DNA of 64,000 nt from Eledone cirrhosa (taxonomy: Eukaryota): the NCBI GenBank assembly GCA_964016885.1, contig OZ024742.1, positions 108,562,001-108,626,000 of the forward strand. The letters run 5' to 3'. Shown here piece by piece: positions 25,210 to 37,324 of this stretch. Below the pieces are notes generated by a model. It was not told where the DNA came from and made no database searches. It worked only from the letters and a program-made list of their open reading frames with translations. Within the stretch, counting starts at the first letter, position 1. Every line of letters starts with the position of its first letter. Both the position numbers and the translations under genes were made by a program.

Positions 25210-28200
25210 TTAGGTTTGTTGGTTCACCACTGGATAGAACTGGTTATTCCGTATAGTCAACCTTGATGTAATATTAGGGAGAGCACTCGACGTAATGCAA
25301 CTCACCCGTCTTCGATTGTGTTGTTGGTGGTGTGAGTACGGAGTTAATTATTATAAAATATTTTGTTTCTGAATTTGTTTAGCAAGATTCTTTATCTGAA
25401 AACGTGTGTTGAAACCGATATTGTTATACTTTGGGAGGGTAATATGAGCCAGAGGAAAGAGACAGGAGTAATAATGAGAGACATAGAAACAACCATGAGG
25501 CTGTTAGTGGAAATAGAAATAGAAACAACACAACTAGCAATAACAATAGCATTAGTACACATAAAGCAGCAGCTTGGAACTCTACTTTTTATAATCCTTC
25601 CGATAAGTCGTTCGACCTGCGACGAGTCCACGCCACGACTTTAGCTTTTAACAAACGCACGCAACTGCCGTCGGAGTTCGATGAACAAACAGAAGCACAA
25701 TTTAGTATAGCTAGATCTCAGCTTAGAAATATTATAGAACAGTATAGCAAGAAGCAAAGTAGAACGGAGGCCCAGTAACTGGGAGAAAATCTGCAAATAG
25801 CTTCCGTAAGCTCATGCAGCGCTCGCATAATGGAGAGATTGCATGCTTTCCAACAGACAAGTCTGGCAGAATGTCGGTTGACAGATTGTCAAACTACATC
25901 CAGGCAATGCAACCCCACATCACTAAGACAAGAGAAGTAATACCACAAGAGCATGAGGATAGGGAAAAAGCCCTCAATGCTCATATGATGATGTGGACAA
26001 ATATAATGCAGCCCAATAAAAGGACTGACAACAACTTCCAGGCCTGGAAAAATGACGTGCCACCGTTGTATGGGCTTTGAAAAGACCATAAAACGAGCAG
26101 TGACCCTGTCACAGGACCACCAACACGGCCAGTCTGTGGAGCTAACATTGCTAGTAACTACAGACTTTCCTACTTCCTCTCCCTGATCATACGCCCCATC
26201 ATTGAAATGTCCCCAGATGTATGTGACAGCACGGAGGATCCTCAGCAGAATCGGCGAGAGTAACCGATCTAGGGACCTAACAAACTGCATAATAGATAGT
26301 ATGGATGTTGTGTCCCTGTATCCATCTATTGACGTGGATTTTGCTTTGGAGAAATGCGTAGAAATGATCAGTGAGAGCAATGTTGAATTCCGTGGGATTG
26401 ATACCAGTGAGCTGGGACTCCTACTTAAACTTACCTATAGTAATGATTATCTAGATATATATGGCCTTAGCAACCTGTGCCCTACAAGACCAGCAAGAGG
26501 CAGACCACCTACCATAACCTCAATGGCCAAGAAAACCCACACAGATAGATGGAACAGGTGGACCAGAGCCATACGGACCCCCGAAAACCACGATGAACTA
26601 AAGAAAATGATTGCACATGCGGTGGGATCCAGTATAAAATTAACCCTTAAGGAACATATGTTCAAATTTAATGGAAAAACATATGCCCAAGAGGAGGGAG
26701 CAGCCATTGGTGTTAGCATTGCAGGAGACATAGCTAACCTATTCATGGTATGGTGAGGCAATAGACTTAAACTTAAACTTAAAGAACAATTAGAAGACAG
26801 CAACCCCTTAACCCTGATAATGTACGCCCGCTACGTTGATGATATAAACATCGTAGTAAAAACACCCCCACTAGAGAACAGTCAGGAATTAGAGAAAAAC
26901 ACCATGGAAAGCATCCAGCAAATAGCTAACTTCATCCACCAGAGTATTAGAGTTACTATAGACTACCCAAGCAAACACCCCAACCATCAATTACCTGTAC
27001 TAGACACAGATCTCTGGTTAGATACCATTAATAACAAAAAACATTCTCATTATGCCAAACCCATGACTTCCAAATATATGATCCACCGAAACTCAGCTGT
27101 TTCGGACCATACCAAAATCAACATACTGATTGCGGATTTGGTACGGGTGATGAGAAACGTGTGCCGCATGTGCAACCCCAAAGAACTAGAGAGACACATA
27201 CAACACTTCATCCACCGTGTGCAGTTCTCTGGTTACAATCAGAGAGATAAAATCAGAGTATATAGAGGAGCCAGAACCAAATGGAAAAAATGGTAAATAA
27301 TGACACAAATGGGACCTGCCCCTTGTATAGGAGCAGATTTTGGAATAGAATAGAAAGAACTAGGAATAAGGTTAATAGAATAAACTCATGGTATGATAGC
27401 AATAAATACCAGAGTGTAATGTTCATCGATACAACCCCTAGAGGTGAATTAGCTTACAAATTTAGAAGGGCCCTAGATAAACATAAACTCAATATTAAGA
27501 TAGTAGAAAGACCAAGTACCTCCATAAAAACACTTATTAGCAATACATACATATAGATAAGAAATTTATAATCTGTAAATTAAGCCCCCATATTAACTGT
27601 AAAACTAGAAATGTAGTATATAGCATAAGATGTACTGAAGGACAATGTAGAGATAAGAATATAGTGTACATAGGTGAGACAGCTCGTAGTATAGGGGAAC
27701 GGATAAATGAACACTGGCGAGAGCTTCAAGATAATAAAGAATCATCTGTACTCTACCAACATGCTAAAATAGAACATAAGGGTAAATTAGAGAACATAGG
27801 AATAAAAATAGAATCTACACTCAGAAAAAACGCAATGTTTAGACAAATCACAGAGGCAATAAACATAAATGAACTCCAACCAAAATTAAATAGAAAACTT
27901 GAATGGAACAGCAACATGACAACTTACAATTAAGGACAAAATGAAAACACACACACACATAGAACAAACAACCAACCAGTAACATGTAAATAAACAAATA
28001 TAAATACACACAGACACCCGGATGTAACACATGCGCAAGCTAAGCACACAACACACACAAAAACAAGATGGCGTAGGACAGAAGAAAGGAGAGGCACAGA
28101 AACAAAGTAAAGAATCCCCAGTCACTGAAGAGGTCACAGAATGTGTGACGAAAGAACTTTGACAATATATGAACAATCATCTGGTTGTGGAACCAACCAA

Positions 28201-28318
28201 CCAACCGGAAACTTATAAATTCCTAAATTTAAAAATTTATTATAATAAATTGAAGTGAGAGCAACTGGTGCGTGTGTTTCTTATTGGCAACATGACCTTC
28301 CCAAAGTATAACAATATT
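25210..28318 (+). mobile_element. Penelope-like element family B, decayed copy with inverted pLTR piece at 25210-25440
   Basis: RT motifs PTDKSG, RPVCGA, MDVVSLYPSI, RYVDDI; GIY-YIG VVYSIRC...YIGETARSIGERINEH. Multiple stops. (TA)n flanks. Confidence 0.92.
28121..28163 (+). ncRNA. Minimal type I hammerhead ribozyme in the family B 3' pLTR (CUU site)
   Basis: GTCA-CTGAAGA-gGTCACAgaatgTGTGAC-GAAA-GaaC-TT-TGAC. Confidence 0.8.
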
Positions 28319-28469
28319 ATCAAATATATATATATAAATGTAATCTGAGTATTTCGAATATTAATAATAACATTCGATTCATTTGCAATTATACAAACAA
28401 GCCTCATTTTTATAGCCATGTCAGTAGAATGAACCCTTCATTCTTGCTCTTGTGTTGGCATTTAAACAG

Positions 28470-28517
28470 AACTGCAGACACTAATGTTTCTGGATATCAC
28501 CCTTCATCAGTACAGTT
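28470..28517 (-). ncRNA. Type I hammerhead ribozyme (GUC site) in a short block between (TA)n tracts
   Basis: AACTGTA-CTGATGA-aGGgtgatatCCa-GAAA-CAttagTG-TC-TGCAGTT; 7-bp stem I. Confidence 0.82.
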
Positions 28518-28591
28518 CATTATTCACCGGCCAACTGTCAGAGCTAGTGAAAATATATGTAGAGCGAATATATATATTTTTTAAATATATA

Positions 28592-28628
<37 letters not shown>

Positions 28629-28646
28629 TAAAAATAGAGACAAAAA

Positions 28647-28703
<57 letters not shown>

Positions 28704-28723
28704 TAAAAATAGAGACAAAAAAT

Positions 28724-28824
28724 GTCCTCATCAGTAGTCTGCTGATTATCCTTGGTATTTCGACGCATTAAAGTCTAGATACTTAAAATCAGTGCGAGCG
28801 ATAACTCAATTAAGTTATCGGGAC
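28724..28824 (-). ncRNA. Second, divergent family of the candidate rearranged hammerhead ribozyme
   Basis: GTCC-CGATAACTtaattgAGTTATCG-ctCGCA-CTGATT-ttaa-GTA-TC-TAGACTt-taaTGCG-tC-GAAA-TAC-caaggat-AATCAG-cAGACTA-CTGATGA-GGAC; colinear with 19292-19393. Confidence 0.7.
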
Positions 28825-28990
28825 AGTGGGAAAACAGATGGAAGGAAACAAACACATGGTAGTAATGCAACGTAATGAGAGGAAAATAATCAATGTGTCA
28901 ATGAATCCTGTGGGCTGAAGTCCGACAAATCAAATTGGCGAGGAGAAATAGACACGTCCGAGCCGCGAGAAGATTGAGAGTGGAAAGAAA

Positions 28991-29935
28991 TTCGGGCTTA
29001 CGGCAGGAGCACCCTGGTGGGGGTGTTGCTCCTAGGGCTGCTGGTGATGTGGGCCTTCATGTACTTAGCGCAGGAGTATCCTAGTTTTACTTTGTGTCGG
29101 TTAAAGATGGAGCGGTATTTATGACCTATGGGAAAGTGTCTATCTAAGAGGGCAAGAAATCTTTTGCCTACATTGGTTTTAGCGTTGAGTGAGAAGGCCC
29201 ACATCACCAGCAGCCCTAGGAGCAACACCCCACCAGAGTGCTCTTGCCGTAAGCCCGAAGCTTGCCCCCTTCAACAGCAATACAACACACCACCTGTAAT
29301 TTATGAAGATGTTGTCACTTCCAACCGACCAAACCAACCACAGGATGTCAAATCCTATGTGGGCATGGCGGAGGGCCGATTTAAGGAACGTTTCCTGAAC
29401 CATCAGTAGACCTTTAGGTACCCGGACAGACGTTCATCCACGAAACTCGCGAGCCACGTATGGTCCCTCGAGGACTCAAATATAGACTACTCCATTCAAT
29501 GGAAACCCATCACTAAGTCCAAGCCATACGCAAGGGGAAATCCGTCGTGTGGACTATGTATAGATGAACGAATAAATATTATAAAGAGATTATGCAATAG
29601 CGATTGCCTAAACACGAGAAATGAATTTTTCACACGTTGACCACACGTCTCGAAACACCTATTGCATAAGTACAAACTCAGGATTGAATGAATTATTGTA
29701 ACAACATCAATATTTTTTCTTATCAACTAAAACTTTTCGGACTTCCGCAGTTATCTCCCTTACACCTCTCGCATTTATTTTACTATTGCCTGTGTGAAGT
29801 GACGGGTTTCTGCGCATGCGCGTTCGTACGGTTGTCCTTCCTGTTCCGTATAACCATGCCCATTACGAGCTGAGGATCCGCTAAGGTGAAACAATTGTTC
29901 TCGGTATGGCAAACTAACTGTTGTGTAACCACTTC
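28991..29935 (+). mobile_element. Naiad-like PLE family D fragment: inverted RT-end piece (28991-29190, minus) + GIY-YIG end and 3' UTR (plus)
   Basis: Minus: KTNVGKRFLALLDRHFP...IFNRHKVKLGYSC. Plus: CSCRKPEACPL, YVGMAEGRFKERFLNH, CGLC...LNTRNEFFTR*PH, ending at 29691. Confidence 0.88.
29866..29903 (+). ncRNA. Minimal type I hammerhead ribozyme (GUU site) in the family D 3' UTR
   Basis: CGAG-CTGAGGA-tCCgctaaGGt-GAAA-CAATTG-TT-CTCG; palindromic stem III ACAATTGT. Confidence 0.85.
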
Positions 29936-30258
29936 TATATATATATATATATATATATTCAAAAAAACGAACAGCGGAGGACACGTTTCGCATCTTTCCG
30001 ACAGATATCCCCCCTCCCTCCCGCCCCGTAATAACCCCCCAGTTGATGGATGTGAATCCGAAATATAGAGGGACAATTAAATCTCTCCCAAGGTAACTCT
30101 ATGTCGTGTTATTATTTTTCATTTTTTACGCTCTTTCCTTCGTTCTTCTACACACTATACATCTCATTCTACATTCACTTACATCTCCCTCTTCACCACC
30201 GGATCTCGTTACCCGGAGAATTACCCATCTGCAAAAAAAAAATTTAAAAAAAAGAAGA

Positions 30259-30316
<58 letters not shown>

Positions 30317-30371
30317 TAGCGAGAATCGCATTTCGGCTATTGGAAATTAGCGAAAAACAACTTCCGAGATG

Positions 30372-30465
<94 letters not shown>

Positions 30466-30576
30466 AATTTATATCTAGTAACATATATATACATACAGAT
30501 GCATATCAATGCTAGCAAATATATAGGTTTTGTCTTAGTAACATTGTGGTTCAATGCATGGGGTTGCAGAACAATA

Positions 30577-30698
30577 ATATGAGAAACGTAAAATAAGAAA
30601 ATTATAAAATTAACTTACTTACTAAAATATCACTTCCAATTAGTTGGAAGTGATATTTTAGTAAGTAAGTTAATTTTATAATTTTCTTATTTTACGTT

Positions 30699-30706
<8 letters not shown>
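30577..30706. repeat. Near-perfect AT-rich hairpin (~63-bp arms) abutting (TA)n
   Basis: ATATGAGAAACG...CACTTCCAA ttag TTGGAAGTG...CGTTTCTCATAT. Confidence 0.9.
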
Positions 30707-30770
<64 letters not shown>

Positions 30771-31113
30771 GTTTCTACTTTTTGGCACAAGGCCAGCAAT
30801 AACCCAGTACATTACTGGTACTTTATTTTTATCGACCCCGTAAGGATATATATAATGAAATACATACATGGATGCACACACATATACATACATAAAACTG
30901 AAAGGAAACAAAACAAAATACTAATACCGAAGAATAACAAACTGTTGATATAACCATTCATGTGAAACAGCTACACCGAAGTAACTCTCCAACTTGGCAA
31001 CAGAAGAATTACACAGCCATACATATCAACCTACAGATTATTACATGTAATTTATTTCCGTTTTTTTTTTTATATCTTCTGTCTGTCTCTTTCTGCCTAT
31101 CTCACCTTCTCTC

Positions 31114-31175
<62 letters not shown>

Positions 31176-31403
31176 TTATCTATCTATCTCTTTCTATCAC
31201 CTTTTGTATCTCTCTATCACCTCTCATTCTATTTCAACTTCTGTTTGTGTCTTTTCCCGTCTTTCTTTCTATCTCATCTTATATCTATCACAATCTCTCT
31301 CACCAACTAAACTTATGACTCTATATCTCTCTATTCTCCTTTCCCTATCTCTCTATCACCTTTTTATCTCACCTGTTTCTTCCTCTGTCACATCCTCCTA
31401 TTT

Positions 31404-31485
<82 letters not shown>

Positions 31486-32012
31486 AACTCATCTTTCTCT
31501 GTATGGCTCCCTCAAGTATTTCTAGCTCTCTCTCTGCCTCTTCTTGTTTCGTTCTATCACTTCCTTTCTTACCGTCTGTCTATCTCTCTCACCTTCTGCC
31601 TATCACATCTTTTTCTATGTCACCGTTTGTCATTGTTGCCAGCTTTACACCCCCTCTCTCTCTCTTTCTTTCTTTCTTTTCTCTCCACCCCCTATCTCAC
31701 GCGTTTAACACGTTTCCCTCCAATGCGTTATTACTTAAAAAAGAGAAATGTTCCATAGAACGGCTTCCTTTGGCTACAAAAATAGCTCTTATCTGCTGGA
31801 GCGTCTAATTTAATTAAAACAAAAATCTTTTCACCTACGACTTTTAATCAATTGTTTACTCAAGTCTGAAGGTAGAAAAACTACACAACATTCATAAACA
31901 TATTATATTACTATCAACCATGAGCAACTGCAGCACCGTCAGCAGAACAAACTGTTGTGTAACGGAAACCTGTATTATTGACACCGTTAAGATGTTACTA
32001 CCTTCTATATGG

Positions 32013-32040
32013 TACTACTACCACCACTACTACTGCTGCA

Positions 32041-32077
<37 letters not shown>

Positions 32078-32139
32078 TTACCACTTCTACTACTACTACT
32101 ACTACTACTACTATTACTACTACCACTACTACTGCTGCA

Positions 32140-32189
<50 letters not shown>

Positions 32190-32257
32190 CACTACTGCTG
32201 CTGCTACTACTACTACTACTACTACTATTACTACTACTACTACTACTGCTGCAATTG

Positions 32258-32298
<41 letters not shown>

Positions 32299-32308
32299 GC
32301 TGCAATTG

Positions 32309-32350
<42 letters not shown>

Positions 32351-32562
32351 TTACTGCTGCTACTGCTGCTGCTGCTGCTACTACTACTACTATTACTACT
32401 ACTACTACTGCTGCTGCTACTGCTGCTGTTACTACTATTACTACTACTATTACTATTACTGCTACTACTATTACTATAATACTACTGCTGCTGTTACTGC
32501 TGCTACTACTATTACCACTACTACTATTACTATTACTGCTACTACTACTACTACTACTACTA
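32013..32562. repeat. Compound (TAC)n/(TGC)n trinucleotide microsatellite
   Basis: Directly visible; source of the poly-Y, poly-T and poly-L ORFs. Confidence 0.97.
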
Positions 32563-32886
32563 AGCTGTGAATTAGCAGGATGGTTAACTTGCCGGATTGA
32601 ATTCTTCGTCGTATTCGTTCTGGCTGTCTGCGCTCTGAGTTCGAATTCCGCCGGGATCAAATTTGCTTTTAATCCTTTCTGGGTAGACGAATAAAATACC
32701 GGTTTAATACTGGGGTTAGTTCTCGCATGTGCCTCTTTTTCTCTCTTGAAGAAATCTATGTCGTACTTTGCCAAGGTTAAAATGTCCAAGAGATGACGTG
32801 TTTCGATACGGCGCCCCCACGACTCATCAATAATTAAGGTCCCATGAATACTCCTATTACTATATTTTATCTACTCATACATATAA

Positions 32887-32973
<87 letters not shown>

Positions 32974-33005
32974 AAAGAATAGAGGTGTAACACACGAGTT
33001 ATGAT

Positions 33006-33446
<441 letters not shown>

Positions 33447-33648
33447 TATGTATACGTACATACATATATGTATACAGACGTACAGTAGTATGTATATATA
33501 TATACATACATGCACACATATATATATGTACGTATGGATTCACCAAACATTTATTATAATGCTCAGTGTGTTTGTAAACAAACATCCCGTATTAAGCCGT
33601 AGTGTCTAGCAACCACAGTTGCGCGTTTGTTCAACACTGACAAAGGAA

Positions 33649-33689
33649 CGCTGTACTAGTTTCAAGCTTGTTAGCTATCGACAGCAACG
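33649..33689 (-). ncRNA. Minimal type I hammerhead ribozyme (GUA site; core CTGTCGA)
   Basis: CGTTG-CTGTCGA-tAGCTaacaAGCTt-GAAA-CTAG-TA-CAGCG. Confidence 0.75.
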
Positions 33690-34080
33690 TATACCTTCCT
33701 GCCAGATAGTTAAACGTCCGAAAGTATATACTTTCCTTGTGCATATTAACGGCTGAGTAGCCCAATTTGCATATCGAGTGGGTTAATCGGCCGGGTGCAC
33801 CGAAAACGATAAACGGAAAAAATGAAACGAAATTTCATTTCCCACACTTAGTACAGCTGTTACTTAAATATAAGTATGTATACGTACATACATATATGTA
33901 TACAGACGTACAGTAGTATGTATATATATATATATACAGACATGCACACATATATATATGTACGTATGGATTCACCAAACATTTGTTATAATGCTCGGTG
34001 CGTTTGTAAACAAACATCCCGTATTAAGCCGTAGTGTCTAGCAACCACTGTTGCTCGTTTGTTCAACACTGACAAAGGAA

Positions 34081-34121
34081 CATTGTACTAGCTTCAAGCT
34101 TGTTAGCTATCGTCAGCAACG
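34081..34121 (-). ncRNA. Minimal type I hammerhead ribozyme (GUA site; GAAG variant)
   Basis: CGTTG-CTGACGA-tAGCTaacaAGCTt-GAAG-CTAG-TA-CAATG. Confidence 0.75.
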
Positions 34122-34463
34122 TATACCTTCCTGCCAGATATTTGAACGTTCTGAAAGTGTATACTTTCCTTATGCATATTAACGGCTGAGTAGCCAATTT
34201 GCATTCGAGTGGGTTAATCGGCCGGGTGCACTGAAAACGATTAACGGAAAAAATGAAACGAAATTTCATTTCCCACACTTAGTACGGCTGTTACTTAAAT
34301 ATAAGTATGTATACGTACATACATTATATTATAATACGGGATGTTTGTTTAAAAACACACCGAGCATTATAATAAATGTTTGGTGAATCCATACGTACAT
34401 ATATATATGTGTGCATGTATGTATATATATATACATACTACTGTACGTCTGTATACATATATT

Positions 34464-34597
34464 AGAATTAGCCGTCGAAACGGCTTGAGCTCAGCCGTCG
34501 GGGTCCTACTCGTTCCTATTACCCACTCTACTACCCTAAGTATTGAGTACTTTGGTGCGTTATGGTCCATCTGGTTCCTTACCACATTTCCTTCGTT
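34464..34597 (+). mobile_element. Truncated copy of a PLE/retrozyme-type terminus; also at 52388-52520 (with inverted 52333-52387), 55038-55172 and 56295-56378
   Basis: Shared AGAATTAGCCGTCGAAACGGC...CCTTACCACATTTCCTTCGTT followed by (TA)n. Confidence 0.85.
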
Positions 34598-34616
34598 ATA
34601 TATATATATATATATA

Positions 34617-37324
34617 TTTCGTTTCTGAATTTGTTTAGCAAGATTCTTTATCTGAAATCGTGTGTTGAAACCGATATTGTTATACTTTGGGAGGGTCATG
34701 TTGTTGCCAATAAGAAACACACGCACCAGTTGCTTTCACTTCAATTTATTATAATAAATTTATAAGTTTATAAATTTCTGGTGGCTTGGTTGGTTCCACA
34801 ACCAGATAGTTGTTTATATATTGTCATAGTTCTTTCGTCACACACTCTGTGACCTCTTCAGTGACTGGGGATTCTTTTCTTCTTTGTTTTTGTGCCTCTC
34901 CTTTGTTCTGTCCTACGCCATTTTGTTTCTGTGTGTGTGTTGTGTGCTCAGTCTGCGCATGCGCCACATCCGGGTGTCTGTGTGTTTATGTTCATTTATT
35001 TATTTGTTTATTTATATGTTACTGGTTGGTTGTTTGTTCTATGTGTGTGTGTGTTTTCATTTTGTCCTTAATTGTAAGTTGTGATGTTGCTGTTCCACTC
35101 ATATTTTCTATTTAATTTTGGTTGTAATTCTTTTATGTTTATTGCCTCTGTGATTTGTCTAAACATTGCGTCTTTTCTGTGTGTAGATTCTATTTTTATT
35201 TCTATGTTCTCTAATTTACCCTTGTGTTCTATTTTAGCATGTTGATAGAGTACAGATGATTCTTTACTATCTTGAAGGTCTCGCCAGTGTTCATTTATCC
35301 GTTCCCCTACACTACGAGCTGTCTCACCTATGTACACTATATTTTTGTCTCTACATTGTCCTTCAGTACATCTTATGCTATACACTACATTTCTAGTTTT
35401 ACAGTTAATATGGGGGCTTATTTTACAGGTTATACATTTCTTATCTATACATGAGGGTCTATGAAAAGGGTATGTCTTGCTAATAAGTGTTTTTACGGAG
35501 GTACCTGGTCTTTCTACTATCTTAATATTGAGTTTATGCTTATCTAGGGCCCTTCTAAATTTGTAAGCTAATTCACCTCTAGGGGTTGTATCGATGAGCA
35601 TTACACTCTGGTATTTATTGCTATCATACCATGAGTTTATTCTATTAGCCTTGTTCCTAGTTCTTTCTATTCTATTCCAAAATTTGCTCCTATACAAGGG
35701 GCAGGTCCCATTTATGTCATTATTTACCATTTTTTCCCATTTGGTTCTGGTTCCTCTATACACTCTGATTTTATCTCTCTGATTGTAGCCAGAGAACTGC
35801 ATACGGTGGATGAAGTGTTGTATGTGTCTCTCTAGTTCTTCGGGGTTGCACATGCGGGACACGTTTCTCATCACCCGTACCAAATCCGCAATCAGTATGT
35901 TGATTTTGGTATGGTCCGAAACGGCCGAGTTTCGGTGGATCAGATGTTTGGAAGTCATGGGTTTGGCATAATGGGAATGGAGGATTTGTTTTTTGTTATT
36001 AATGGTATCTAACCAGAGCTCTGTGTCTAGCACAGGTAATCGATGGTTGGGGTGTTTACTTGGGTAGTCTATAGTAACTCTAATACTCTGGTGGATGGAG
36101 TTAGCTATTTGCTGGATGCTTTCCATTGTGTTTTTCTCTAGTTCCTGACTGTTCTCTAGTGGGGGTGTCTTAACTACGATGTTTATATCATCAACGTAGC
36201 GGGAGTACATTATCAGGGTTAAGGGGTCTTCTAATTGTTCTTTAAGTTTAAGTTTAAGTATACTGTCCCACCATACCATGAATAAGTTAGCTATGTCGCC
36301 TGCAATGCTAACACCAATGGCGCTCCTTCCTCTTGGGCATATGTTTTTCCATTAAATTTGAACATATGTTCCTTAAGGGTTAGTTTTATGCTGGCCCCTA
36401 CCGCATGTGCAATCATTTTCTTCAGTTCATCGTGGTTTTCGGGTGTCCGTATGGCTCTGGTCCACCCGTTCCATCTATCTGTGTGGGTTTTCTTGGCCAT
36501 TGAGGTAATGGTAGGTGGTCTGCCTCTTGCTGGTCTTGTAGGGCACAGGTTGCTAAGGTCATATGTGTCTAGGTAATTATTACTATAGGTAAGTTTAAGT
36601 AGGAGTCCCAGCTCACTGGTATCAATCCCACGGAACTCAACATTGCTCTCACTGATCATTTCTACGCATTTCTCCACAGTAAAATCCACGTCAATAGATG
36701 GATACAGGGACACAACATCCATACTACCTATTATGCAGTTTGTTAGGTCCCTAGATCGGTTACTCTCGCCGATTCTGCTGAGGATCCTCCGTGCTGTCAC
36801 ATACATCTGGGGACATTTCAATGATGGGGCGTATGATCAGGGAGAGGAAGTAGGACAGTCTGTAGTTACTAGCAATGTTAGCTCCACAGACTGGCCGTGT
36901 TGGTGGTCCCGTGACAGGGTCACTGCCCGTTTTATGGTCTTTTCGAAGCCCATACAACGCCGGTACGTCATTGTTCCAGGCCTGGAAGTTGTTGGCAGTC
37001 CTTTTGTTGGGCTGCATTATATTCGTCCACATCACCATATGGGCATTGAGGGCTTTTTCTCTATCCTCATGCTCCTGTGGTGTTACCTCTCTTGTGTTAG
37101 TGATGTGGGGTTGCATTGCCTGGATGTAGTTTGGCAGGCTGTCAACCGACATTCTGCCAGACTTGTCTGTTGGAAAGCATGCTATCTCTCCATTACGCGA
37201 GCGCTGCATGAGCTTACGCAAGCCATTTGCAGATTTTTCTCCCAGTTGCTGGGCCTCCATTCTATTATGCTTCTTGCTATACTGTTCTATAATATTTCTA
37301 AGTTCGGATCTAGCTATACTAAAT
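34617..37324 (-). mobile_element. PLE family B, left arm of a 5.5-kb palindrome
   Basis: ORFs 36760-37389, 36291-36821 and 35068-36279 (RT + GIY-YIG) mirror the right arm. Confidence 0.93.
34823..34865 (-). ncRNA. Minimal type I hammerhead ribozyme (CUA site), family B
   Basis: GTCA-CTGAAGA-gGTCACAgagtgTGTGAC-GAAA-GaaC-TA-TGAC. Confidence 0.82.
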
